DNA of 51,250 nucleotides from Trichinella spiralis (Eukaryota): NCBI RefSeq assembly GCF_000181795.1, contig NW_003526941.1, positions 10,479,068 to 10,530,317 of the forward strand, read 5' to 3'. Shown piece by piece: positions 39,301 to 51,250 of this stretch (position 1 is its first letter; each line of letters starts with the position of its first letter). The notes under the pieces were generated by a model. It saw only the letters and a program-made list of their open reading frames with translations, ran no database searches and was not told where the DNA came from. The position numbers and the translations under genes were made by a program.

Positions 39301-39816
39301 AAGTCTTCAGATTGGGATAATTCTGTAGGAGAGCTGTTGTTTTCATCTTGGAAATGTTCAGGAGGAATTGGCTGCTGTTGGTTGGATTCATTTGAATTGG
39401 TTTCATTTTCTGACGTTTCAACATCAGCTGGTAGCACGTTCATCGTCGCTTGTTCACCGGATATTATCGTTGTTGTTGTCGTTGTAATATCTTCTGGTTG
39501 ATTTTCAGCTGAAATTTCATCTTCCACTGCTCTGGGATGTAGTCGATCAGGCGAACTTTGTAAATTGGTGGTAGATGTATCTGAAAAAAATAGAGAAGAA
39601 ATGTGACAGTTTGTAAAGTAATATGAAGAAATTTGATTCGATTTTCTTGGAAATACTGTTTTCATGCTGAGAGTCGAAAGTGGGTTCAACTTTGTTGAGT
39701 TGTGGTTTGTGATAGGACCACAGTTCGGGATCGTTTCGAACGGCTTGTAGATGTAAGCCAATGTTGCACAGTATGAGGAGGGATAAAGCTGACGAAAAGA
39801 GATGATGGAAAGGCAT
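36399..39816 (-). CDS. Secreted acidic Ser-Gly-rich (proteoglycan/mucin-like) protein with two C-terminal ShK toxin domains; complement(join(36399..36547,36611..36775,36838..36975,37028..37141,37199..37393,38066..39580,39657..39816)), ~811 aa
   Basis: Signal peptide MPFHHLFSSALSLLILCNIGLHLQA, then a 1515-nt Glu/Asp/Ser/Thr-rich exon. Exons 36838-36975 and 36611-36775 encode the six-Cys ShK-pattern domains CQVDYHIHCKYSWKYCDSMEALTFCPKTCKQHIC and CQDTKQHDCKELSERGDCFTNPGSMALLCPESCQFC. All six introns are GT-AG and phase 1. The join across 37394-38065 is the least certain. Confidence 0.75.
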
Positions 39817-42446
39817 GATTGGAAATTGAAAAGGAAAATGTATGGATGGACGAGCAGTGAATTTTGTCTGTGCGCAACGGTATTCAACTGTCGAGGCAAA
39901 TGGAACACAGTTGCTCAAGGCGATGGGTTTTTGATGCAGACAGAAGAAGGCGTCGGCGTGTGTCGATGCCTACTAACTGGGCAACGAAAGTGGCTCTTGG
40001 TTGGGTCGCAACTGACGTCAGGTTGCTTTGCATCGCCTCTCTTAAGCGCCTTCTAGGTGACCCTTCATCGGGCGGTGGATTTTTTGAACGACTGTCCAAA
40101 AAAGGGGCCAATTACGACATGTTTTCTGTGAACTCGGGTTTGATATGTATTTTATTTTATTTTTTTAAAATTCTGTTTCAAATTCTTCTTCTCAACGAGC
40201 CGTTATTCGAATGGGTAACGATGGGTGGGGGGTCTTTTACGATCGGCAATCGAACCACCGTCGGCCATCTTGAACAATTAATTTGCTCGTCTGCTTTCAA
40301 CCTTGACCGGCGTTTGGGATTTTTTATATCCTCCAACCGAATTAATTTCTCGTTCTAAATTTGAAAAATAACCGGGCAAAAAGCTACCACTTTTCCACTT
40401 GATACGTATAAACTTGTGTGTTATGTATAAATTTTAATTAACAAAAGGAAGAAAATGCACAATGACCTTCGGATGAAGAAATTTCTTTTTGAAAAAAAAA
40501 GAATAAATAGATGCAAGCAGAACGACGAACATTTTTCTTTGCACAAATATGATTATTATTCTTAATACTGATTGAATAGTTGATTCAGACTAAAACGACT
40601 CGTTGATATTCATATTATTATGGAATTGTTTGAAAAGAAAATTCATGTTATTTAATTTGAAAATTTCCGATCAAATTTATTCAATAATTATAAATTGGAA
40701 AAGAATTTCGTGTTTTGTGAATAGCACAAGCAAGCAATTTGTCGATTTAAACATTTTGACATCTTAATTTTTGAAGTTTTTCTATTCTTTAAATATTTGG
40801 AACAGTGTTTGTATTTTGGAGCGATGAAAATTGTTACGTCGACTTTATATAACCAACATTTTTTTGCTGAACATCTATTATTTTTGAAGAAAAAAAATTG
40901 TCTTTTTCAATTTACTTCGTAACTGGATGTATGGTTTTTTGATTGCAACAATTTCAATTTGAATTTGTTCATTTTTGCCTTATTGAACTTTCATATTTTT
41001 CTATGGCAATTGTTTTCATCGTAATTTTCGGTGAGTCATCGATTTTTCAGGTGACCCGAAAGTAAAATGAAATTAGGCTCTTCAGTTGCTGTTGTTTCAC
41101 TCGCTCTGATTTTTAGTCGATGCAAAAGTACCATCAAGTAGCTATTTTTAGCCAATTTCCGTGTCCCGGTGTTCAATAAACCGTAGGGGGTGGGGTAGGG
41201 GGGAAGGACAAATGGCTGCGGTTTAGCCGACCTACAAACCTGCATGTAAAAAAAATCAAGTTTCAAATTTTACAAATACTGCATACCGTTTGTTTTATTG
41301 TCAGATTTGTATTTTGTCAAGTTTTCGTCTTGAAATGCTAAACTTTCAAATACAAATTACGTTATTAATAATAATGAGTATTATTATTTTGTTTTTCTTG
41401 AAAAGATTATGCTACGTTTAGTTCTCTTCTTGGAAATGATTTTTCAATACTGTATTATTTGATTTTCAAGCAAATTGCAAAGTTGTAACTTCAAATTTTC
41501 CGTTTACATGAACTATTATTGGTTGTAATTGATTTTTGAGAAAAGAAAAAAATCCATCATGGATGAGATGTTTTTCATTATCGAGATAATTTTCCGTGTT
41601 TCTATTTTTTCTAATAGTTCAAGACAATGTGCTATTTTTTTCAAAAGAATATAAAAGCATTATTGTTAGCAATATTGAAAGGATAAAAATTATAATTTTG
41701 TTGTTCGTAGTGATCAATTGATTGAATGATACTTTTTTTTCACTCATGAATAATAGTTGTTTACAATTGGGCAGAAAGTGATATGTTTCTATTTTAATCC
41801 TACGCATCCTGTTGGTGATTAATGCAAAAAGAATGGAATGACAAATGAAATGATTGTTTTGATTCATAAGCGATTTCTGCTGTTGTGGATTGTATTAAGT
41901 TTTATATTGTTTTTGAAAGATGCAATGGCAGCAGCAACCTACTTATCACAATATTATGATTATAATTAAAAGCTCGTTTACGCCGTTTAACAGGAAACTG
42001 GCTCGGTTTTCGGTTGACAGAATTGCAGTGAAATTAAGTACAGTAGTAGTAGTAGTGTAGTTGGTCGTCGCCTTGAGCTGGCGACGTTGGATTTTCAAGT
42101 GTGTTGACCCTGATGTAGTTTGAAATGCAACGTTTTTGTTAGCTGCGTAATTTTCATTTTTCAATATATTCATTCACATGAGCCGTTTAAAATTGCACGA
42201 AAAGCAAGCAAGCAGTCAGCCAGTAGACGGCCAACGGCAGCAGCAGCAATAACAACAACAGCAACAACAATACGTTGAATCTGACCAACCAGATTTGCTG
42301 ATTGCTAATTAAAATGTCACATGATTCACGGGCCAATTCAGCAGGCGGCTAGAGAAGCGGCTAGTTTTTGAAACTCCAACTGAAGCGTCAGTTATTGCAG
42401 TGTAGCAAGCAAGCAAACGAGGCGAGGCGAGCATTAGCACAGCTGC

Positions 42447-42450
<4 letters not shown>

Positions 42451-42485
<35 letters not shown>
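42451..42485. repeat. (TA)n microsatellite upstream of the MARVEL gene
   Basis: Perfect TA run of ~35 nt. Confidence 0.95.
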
Positions 42486-42489
<4 letters not shown>

Positions 42490-42572
42490 CTGTGATATTA
42501 GTTTTGGTGTTGTTGAGTGGAAGAATTGAAAAAGAAAACCATTTATAACAGCATATAGAAATAAAAAAAATT

Positions 42573-43273
42573 ATGGGTGACGTGCAGTTAAGATTGGATT
42601 ATTGTTTTTCAATTCAAGGTTTGCTAAAGTGGTGTCAAATGGTAAGGATATTTGAATTTGTCGAATGGAATGATGCAGTACGCTTCAAGAGATTTCTTCC
42701 TTGTTTGTTTGTTGTTCAGGTATTTTCGGGCATCATTCTTGGCTTGTTGCTTTGGGAATCGCTTCGTCGAGGTTATTTCACCTACACTTATGTACACGAA
42801 GGTGAAGATTATACAATTTTTGTCGCCGCTTTCACCATTGCCGTAATAATGCTGATGTTGCTTTTGTTCTTCCTCAACTGTCACAACGGACCTTTGGCGC
42901 GTTGTCAGTGCAGCAAAAGTGTATGTTCTTTTTTTGTTGAAAAAAAAATCTCTCCTTCTTCAAAATATGCAAATTTACTTGCGCATAAATTATTAGGCAT
43001 CGGTGGTGTATTTTCTTTTGATGTTGATGTGGCTGGCAGCGGCGGCCGTGGAAGTGTGGGTTGCGTCGAGATATCGGAAATTGTTCGGCATTGAAAGTGA
43101 ACTGTTCGGCCGACGCGCTGCTGCTGCGGTAAAAATTAGCAAATTTATTCATTAATTAATCCAAATCAACAACAAACTGAACCGACGGCTATTTTCATTT
43201 CCAGGCATTCTGCTTCGCCAACATGGCGATCAACGGCTTCAGCGTGTTTTATGGAAAATACAACGGTCCTTGA
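42573..43273 (+). CDS. MARVEL-domain four-transmembrane protein (CMTM/plasmolipin-like); join(42573..42641,42720..42920,42997..43128,43205..43273), 156 aa
   Basis: Four hydrophobic helices, an N-terminal LDYCFSIQGLLKWCQM and a C-terminal AAAAFCFAN, typical of MARVEL proteins. Three phase-0 GT-AG introns. Confidence 0.8.
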
Positions 43274-43614
43274 ATGGATGGAGGAAATTCTCTTTTTCTT
43301 TTTATATTATTCTATTTTTTTAAAACTACTGTATTTTAATCAGTCATCTTTGATTATTTTCTTTTTTGAAAGCAACAACAACAACAGACAGACAGACAGA
43401 CAGACAGATATTGCTTTCTTCATTTTAATTCAAAATAGGAAATATATTATTTTTTTTTCTTTGATTTCTCTGTTAGTTTTGCTTCTTTTCTCTCTAGTCG
43501 ATCAAAAAATAAAACATCTTTTACAAAAATGTATACTTTTTGAATTGTTGTTGTGATCTCTCTGTATATTATTGGATTTGCATATTGTCGTGTGTTGTCG
43601 AAAAGAAAAGATGC

Positions 43615-46600
43615 TCAGCTGTAAAAGAAATCTGAATCACTTTCGTCTGTGTAATTTTGATTGGATCCAATTAGTGTGACCAATTCTTTCGTGTCGGCGC
43701 TCAATTCTACAAATAGAAATAATGCATATAACAAGTGTAACAAGTATTGTTGATTGATTCTTCTTCTTCTTCTTCTTCGTTTTTCTTTTTCAATCTTCAA
43801 TATATGCTAATTATTTACTTGAACTTGCGTTGGTTGTGTTGTTGAGGGTCAATTTGGAGCCGAATTTGTCCGGAAACAGTTTCGCCAGAAAATCATCTTC
43901 GTCTCTGTTGTTGAAAAATTAAAAATTATATTATTCATAATATGCAATGCAAATTTTTCTTTTCTAATTTTTTCCTCAGTTGGCTTTATTTATTATCAAC
44001 GGAGTGGGGGTGGGGGGAAGTTGTTTACTTGGTTTTTATTCAAACTGACTGACCATGGCCAGTTTTGTCGGACCGGCAAGTACAACGGTTCAAAGAACAA
44101 AAGCATTTCTATTCTCTGGAAACTACTTGAAACTATCAGTGTTGGAAGCATTGAATATATGTATATATATATCTATATGTGTGTGTATGTATTATTCAAA
44201 CGAGGGGCAGAAGTGAAGGGGGGGGGCTCACAAGCGAACCAGTCAGACAAAAGAAGAAATTGAACCTTTTCATGTTGACAATCGTTGTTGTCAATTTGTC
44301 ATATCAATTCAAGCCAGTAATAATAATAATAATAATAATAATAATGTGTTGATTAAAATTGAAAATTGTAATATATATTTTTTTAAAAATAACTTATCAA
44401 GCTTTTGCATGTGAAAAATTTTCCTCAACATTATTCTCTTATAGCATAATAATCAGACAATCACCTCATTTTTTTCTTTTCTTCTCTCACTTTTACTTTT
44501 ACAATTTCATTTCACCATTCTCATTTGTCAAAAAAGAAATAAATAAGTAAATCTTCTACAAAACCGGGACACGGAAATTCATTGAATAGTTGCAGTTCAA
44601 AAAGAAAAATTTACATTCAAATTTCTCCAACACTGAAATTTTTTTTTAAAAAGCGATTGATTGATCCGGTCAAACAAATATTCATCCGTTCACTTTATTA
44701 ATCGAATCTTCTGAACAATGAAAAATGTTGTTTATTTTTATAATTTATTAATTTATTTTTTAAAAAAATCTGTTCACCATAAGATTTGATTTGTGTAAAG
44801 TAGTCATGTATTAGATATTATTTTTTTTTTGCTGAATATGTGAAAAAGCCTAGCCGTATTGATGTTTTTTGTGCATATTTGGGATCATCAATTGTGAAAC
44901 AACAACAACAACAACAATAAATTTCAATGTCGCGCTCTGAAAAACTTCCAGGCTGATTTGAAATTGCTACAATTTAACCAACAATAATAGAACAATTCAA
45001 ATATCAAATTACTGTAACGGAAGTGTATATAGTGTGGTTATTTATTTATTTTTTGAATATACCCTCGAATTATGGATGAAATAATAATTTGTATAACAAA
45101 TCGCGCATCCTCTCACTTTGGCACAATCGATCACATTAATTTTGTTCATATGATCAAATTTGTGATTTATGTTTATATTTTTTCAACAATAAATTTCAAT
45201 GTTGTCATCCATATTAATGTAATGAAAATGGAAACATGTCAAATGGAAAAATTAGCCCAACATTAATTTCATCACTGATTGATTTGATTAATGTGTTGTG
45301 TGTGTTTTCTTTTTGAACGGAACGTTGTTGATTGAAGAAATTTAAAAACTTACTTTTTGTCTTTGGAATTTGTTGCCGGCTCGTATGAACCTGAGCGCAG
45401 TTTTTTTACTGACTCATCATCATCATCGTGGGAATCATTTGAATTCAATTCTGATTTCACTGATTCTTCTTCTTCTTCGTCAGTATCGGTTGAAATGTTG
45501 TTGTTGTTGTTGTTCACTTTCACGATATTACTTGAAATATATTTTCAAAATTAAAAAATTAATCATATTAATATTTAAATGTCTTTTTCTGAAAATTAGA
45601 AAAAAACAATGTATATATATGTATGTAAACAGTGGAATTTTCAATTCTACAGGCTACAGTGAATGAATGATTTGAACAGTTTTGATGAAAATTTGCATAT
45701 TTGTCTTTTCAATTTTCACTTACTTTTTCTTACGGACGCTTTTCGATTGTTCACTTTTGTCACTTGTCGGAGAATGGTCGGTGTCGATTTCGGCGTGGAC
45801 AAGCTGAGAATTGTGCGAATTGAAAATTTTCCCACCTCTTTGACGATCGAACGCGAAACTGACTCTCGGAGGTGAATACGAATTTTTTTCCAACTGCCTT
45901 TCAATTCGACCATTTTCTTCCTTCTGCTTCTTCTCTTCTGAAGCTTCTTCTCGATCTGTTCCTGTTCCTGTTGCTCTGTTGTTGTTGTTCTCGTCTACAG
46001 TAAAATATATCACACTTGATTATGCAAATTACTTTTTTTACTCTACTTGTATTGTTTCGAATTGAGGTGAATTTCAAATTCAAAAATGAATCCCCTTCAC
46101 TTTCGGTCGACAATTCTGTGGAAATTTCCCTTGATGGCACGGGTTTTGCTGGAAATTTTATTTCTCATTTTCATCAATAATTATTTATTAATTACCCTAC
46201 TGACTTTGCTTTGTCGTTGACGATTTTCGCTTTGGCTGTTGTTCCACTGCTTTGTTGGCATTTTTCAACAATTCTCGTACGTCGAACAGATTTCCGCTGA
46301 CGTTGTTCAATTGCAATTTCAGCTGTTCAATTTCACATTTCAACTCGTCCATATTCTTCTTTTCGTCAGTTGTTGAATCCAACAAGTTGGCGGCATTTTC
46401 ACACTTTTGATCCTTGAAAACAAAATTTAAATAATAAATAAAACAAAAACAATATCTTGCTTCTTGTACATTTGGAACTTGAAATTTGGGCAGTTTCCAT
46501 TTTGAATATTTCTTTTGCAATTTGTTCAATTGATCGTCCTGAAAAATCTTCTTTTCAATTGATAAAAAATATGAATTATTTTCTCGTTGTTGTTGGTTGG

Positions 46601-46969
46601 TTTGCTTTTCAATTAATTCAATATTTTATTTATTCATTGTTTTTTTCTGGTACCTACTCTTTGCTTTCGATCTTCATTCAAACGTTGTGCAGATTCTTGC
46701 AGTTGACGTTCGAAATTTTCGAACGCGTTCAACAGTTGTCGCGTTCGATCGTTCGCTTGAAGACGGTATTGATCGATGAGTTGTCGGAAAATATTTTGGC
46801 TAAATTGTTGCACGGCCATTTTCCATTGTCTGTACTTAAAGAAAATAAATAAATAAATGAGAAAATTTTGATCACAAACTTTGAAGAAACAAGCAAAAAT
46901 AATTGTCAACCTGTAATGGGTTTCCATGGTGATCAAAAACAATTGTACCTGTGCGTCATTATCATATGT
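43615..46969 (-). CDS. Coiled-coil plus low-complexity acidic protein, possibly Kizuna-like; complement exons 46949..46969, 46658..46834, 46470..46538, 46205..46412, 46047..46148, 45724..45994, 45354..45530, 43819..43904, 43615..43706; 5' end unresolved (probably extends to ~47860)
   Basis: Nine exons join in phase across GT-AG introns. The N-terminal part is heptad-rich (ANDRTRQLLNAFENFERQL, DELKCEIEQLKLQL), the middle is Ser/Asp/Glu-rich with an RVSF motif, and the protein ends TDESDSDFFYS*. No start codon identified; extra exons within 43905-45353 are not excluded. Confidence 0.65.
44318..44345. repeat. (AAT)n microsatellite
   Basis: Tandem AAT run; similar runs occur at ~20320-20410. Confidence 0.9.
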
Positions 46970-48549
46970 CTGTAGGGTAAATTGAATTGAACTGTTTTCT
47001 ACTTTTTGCCTAGTGATTTTGCATTTTCACGTGAAAGAATTTTTTGATCAAATTTTAAACATTGACACCAAAAATTGTTTAAAGTCTTTTTATTTTTTGA
47101 ATTTAACAATATCGATTTTAACACTCAGTTTTTAAGGTGCCAACAATTTTTTTCCTTTTTTTTAAATTCTATTTTAATTGAATTATCTGTACGAACTATT
47201 ACTATTATTATTATTATTATTCACTTGAACAAGTTGCAATTAAATTTGTTAATTTGTCTGAGCGAAACTTTGTAAATTATACTTTTTCAATTCCACTTGG
47301 TGTATAGTGGAGTAAAAGTGAAAATAATCAAATAGCGTACGTAGTGCATTTGCATTACAAATCAAAGCAGTTGAATGAAGATTGGCGAAATATCAAATTC
47401 GTCACAATGTAAAGCCAGCCATTTGTGAAACCTTTTCACAAAGTACTTTTGAATTGGATCAATCAATTCAAATTCATTCGACGAGCAAAAAAAATATCCA
47501 TTTCTCCATTTACATATAAGCTATGAATATATTTGAGTTTTTTCGTTTTTTTTTTAAAAAAATTTCATATAACTTTGCAACAGTGTTCTTCTTTTTTAAA
47601 GTTGGATGTTGTTTGAAACTTTTTTTTGAAAGTTTTATAAAATCTGTAAATATTGTTTGAATATAATTTGGTTGTTTTAATTTGGTTAGTAAGATTTTTT
47701 GCCTGAATTGATCGTTCCGATTCATTCTGTAATTTAATAGTGGGCTGTTGTTGAACAATTTCGTGTCTATCTTTGCCCAACGATAATTGTGATCTTTGAA
47801 TTTTAATTATGATAATAACGCTCATTTCGGCATCATATTCATATTCTCGAATGTCAATCACATTTGTGTTGTAAAGTTTTTACTCATTATTGGGCGCGCA
47901 AATTCTTTTCTGATTTTAATTATCTTTTTTGTCATTGTTGTTAGGATAAAATAAATAATTGAATAACTTGTGTAAGCAAGCATACGGTTGAAAAATGGAG
48001 ACTTTGTATTATATTATATTTGATCTTTTGTATCACGTTATGCGATATTTTATTTCACAAAATGAGCGTGATGTAGTTTTTTGATTTTTTTTGTAGGCTG
48101 GCTAGCTGCTGCTTTTTTTCCCTTTTCTCACTCCTCGTCATGCTTACCGCTTCTTATTGCTATAGTCAAGGTGAAAAGAAACAGATGCTGACGTTCAATA
48201 AATGCTCGCCGTATCCAATTAGCTGGTCGTGATGGATGACGGTTGACGGTGGCTTCATGGCACAACTGAGAAGGAAGCGCACATTCACATAGGCGGACAA
48301 ATAGACACACGCATATAACAACAAAAAAAAATATATTCAACGATAAATGCTAACGCTCGATTGTTAAACGGGAAGTCCGATGGAACGATGATTCGACGGG
48401 AAACCTTGACGTGTCTGATTTTGGTCGACTGAAGTTAATCAGACAAAACGAAAAGCAGCTAGCTGCTAGGAAGCATCGTCATTGTCGTTGTCGTTGTTGT
48501 TGTTATTGTTGTTGTTGTATCCGCTTATACGGTACAGTTGACTGCAACA

Positions 48550-50819
48550 ATGTGGAGTCAGAACTTCTCTTCTTGGGGTTTTGAAGAGTCGTGCGGATTG
48601 CATGCGGAAAATGTCAGCGAGGAACGTTTCCAAGATTCTTTGACCATTGGGGCAAAAGTGGTCGCCTTTGTTTTGCCCTGCTTCCTCGGCATGTTCATCA
48701 ACGGCGCCATACTGACCGTCATCCTCTGGTCGCGCATGTTCCGTACCAAGGCTTACTTGTTCTTGGCCAACATGACCGTGGCTGATTTGTTTCTGGCCGC
48801 CATCTACGGTTCCATCCAAATAAACAAGGAGGGCGTATTCCAATCCCACCACCACAGTAGTAGTAATTTTCCCGTTGCCACTGAATGCCAATTTCAAGCT
48901 TACATCGAAATTGCCGTACAATCGGTGATGATTCTTTGTCAAACTGCGGCCAGCTTTGAACGGTGCATATATTTTTTTAAATTTATTTATTATATATACA
49001 TATAGATATATTTCTTTTTTCAATGATTTTTACAAAGGATAATGTTTACCCACAGATTTGTCATCATTGTGTTGCCTTTTCAAGCGCAGCGATTTTGGAC
49101 TAGCCGAATGAGTCAGTCGATTGTGGCAATCTGTTGGGTAGCATCTTTGCTGATCGGATTTATTGGACCCGTTTTTGTTGTCAGTTGCTTATTAATATTA
49201 TTGTTGTTGTTGTGTTGAATATTTTATGAGTAAATTATATTTTCAGACCTCCGAATGCATCTCGCTTACGGACACTGGTGGACGAAGTCACGTCATTTAT
49301 TATTGCGGAGTTCGACAAGATTCTTATCTTTTGGTCAGCAAAATTCGGCTAGTTGTGCTATTTTTGATCCCATTCACGTTGATGTGCATCTTCTACGGCA
49401 GTGTATGTTACATTTTGTGGAGAAGTTATGACAAATTGCACGCCAGGCAGGTCAACGAAATGCACGAGTACGTCAATTTACAATTTTAATGCAAACAAAT
49501 AGTAGTAGCACTTTTTCGATCCTTATTTTCATTTTATTCTTTCTATTTTACAATCAGATTTGCTGCCAGATTCAGTTTAGCTGAACCCGACGAACGTAGT
49601 ACCGTGGTCAGCTTGGACCGATATTCAACATTGGACCGTCTGCTTGGATCGAACAACACCGGCCGGCTTTTGCCTGAAGGGTAAAGTGTATTTTTTTTTC
49701 TTTTCTCATTTTTGTAATCCATTCCATTGCCTGAAATGTTGGTGGAAAAAGAAAAGTTTACGCCTTGAACATGATATTATTTCATAATCATGATTTATAA
49801 TGGGAAGAGAAAAAATAGAAATTGACTCGCTGTGCGTTAGGAAGCGCATATTGGGCAGACGAAGTCATGCAAGTGGAAATAGAGCGATTATTGAATTAAA
49901 TGATTTTTCTTCTTCTACTTGGCCAACACCGACGTTGGCTGGGAATTAGATTTTAATTAATCCGTGAAAACAATACTGACTGACATTTTTGATGTCTGTC
50001 GTCTTGCCTGTGCGTTGACGGACACTTTTCTTCCAACCATCCGAACGCATCGGTGCATTTTCACAATTCAACCAGTGTCACCAGTTGATTGATTAACTGT
50101 TGTCGACATTTTCTTTTCACGTTATTTTAACAAGTGAACAAAAAAAAACAAGCGTACCAGTGTTTAATATGAATTTTTTGAAAAATGACGAAACGCTGAT
50201 TATTCATTCATGCCAGCGGACATCATGCATGATCAAATGCAGTGCTTATTCAGAAATTATTGCACATGTAAAAAAATTATTTATAAAAGGAAAAAATTTT
50301 TTTTTTCAATATTTCTTCTGTTGTCTGAAATTGATCAAAGTCTATTTTGTGTTTTCAGAACCAGAAAACACATGTACATGAATCCTCAAGCTGTGAAATC
50401 TCGTCGACGGGTAAATTTTGCATATTGTTATTTTCTCTCTTTCTCTCTCTCTCTCTCCATCTTTGTGGGTATTTTTCTGTTCATTTTCGCTTGTGCAGGT
50501 GATCAAGCTGTTGATTTCAATTTTGCTGGTATTCATGCTTTGCTGGGCACCGAAGCTGATTTTGGACATCTACAACGCCCGCAATTTGGAAAGTATCCAC
50601 TTGGAGCCGGAATTTCTGTTCGACTTTGAACTGGAAAATCTCATCTCTTTGGAGCTCGACTTCACCGAAGACCACACCCACTACTTGGACCACGCCCGTG
50701 TTGTCGCCCACGCAATGCTTCTCTACCATCCGACATTTTCCGCCCTGCTCATCTTGTTTTCATCCCAGAAGCTACGCAACACGTTGCGACTTGTTCGACG
50801 AACTTCCAGCACCAATTGA
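48550..50819 (+). CDS. Rhodopsin-like (class A) GPCR, neuropeptide-receptor-like; join(48550..48962,49056..49179,49247..49467,49558..49680,50359..50410,50499..50819), 417 aa
   Basis: Seven hydrophobic segments with TM2 FLANMTVADL, TM3 Cys and ERF (DRY equivalent) across an intron, TM4 Trp, TM5 FLIP...FY, KSRRRVIKLL and TM6 CWAP. Phases are consistent. Confidence 0.9.
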
Positions 50820-51250
50820 ACGAATTCTCTCTCTTTCTCTTTATCCCCTTCTGAATCATCCATTCCAACATTTTTTCACAACTGTGATTGAAAAAATTTT
50901 TTTTTCTTTTTAGCAATTTAGGGCATTGCTTTTTCATCATTTTGGGGCAATTTTATCCTTATTATTATTATTATTATTGCATGTTGTTAGCTTTGCAGGT
51001 TTAATGTCCGAAGTTTACAAAATATGTTATTTGTGTTTGGACTGAACAAAATTAACAATCAATCAATCAATGAGCATTCATTTTCATCCATCACAATTTT
51101 GAAAAAAAAGCCCAAGAAGATTTTGGTAAAATAACATTTTCTGCATGCTTATTATTTGAATTATTATTTATGAAAATGAAGAAAAAATTACAAGAACAAA
51201 ACAGAAAATTGTACTTTTGTCTCTTTTCTGTGATCACATTATTACGCTGA

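Noticed and set aside
38010..39908. Single-exon 632-aa protein as given by the ORF track
   Set aside because: The first ~110 codons are an off-frame reading of the signal-peptide exon plus an intron, and a strong GTAAGA donor precedes the stop. The spliced model fits better.
1..51250. CRISPR arrays, tRNA/rRNA/SL-RNA genes and intact transposons
   Set aside because: I saw no repeat-spacer arrays, cloverleaf or A/B-box patterns, or transposase/RT motifs by eye. Infernal, tRNAscan-SE and RepeatModeler would be needed to exclude short or degenerate elements.

Overview
AT-rich eukaryotic genomic DNA with short GT-AG introns, TTTCAG-type acceptors and AAT/CAA/TA microsatellites. The gene content suggests a nematode, most plausibly clade I (Trichinella-like); this is an inference, not a database result. 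I built 12 gene models by hand with phase-checked splice sites: mitochondrial ribosomal protein S12, cardiolipin synthase, GNA1, an acidic orphan, a three-repeat Ly6/uPAR-like surface protein, a Six3/6 (optix/ceh-32) homeobox gene within ~18 kb of non-coding DNA, a GLD-2/Cid1-family ribonucleotidyltransferase, KLHDC3, a secreted acidic protein with two ShK domains, a MARVEL protein, a coiled-coil protein and a class A GPCR. Three leads stand out. First, an ~811-aa secreted Ser-Gly-rich proteoglycan-like protein ends in two ShK-toxin domains whose exons are invisible in the ORF track. Second, the nucleotidyltransferase combines motifs I recall from the poly(UG) polymerase RDE-3/MUT-2 with a GLD-2-type nucleotide-recognition loop. 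Third, the coiled-coil protein may be a divergent Kizuna. I recognised no tRNA, rRNA, CRISPR array or intact transposon.
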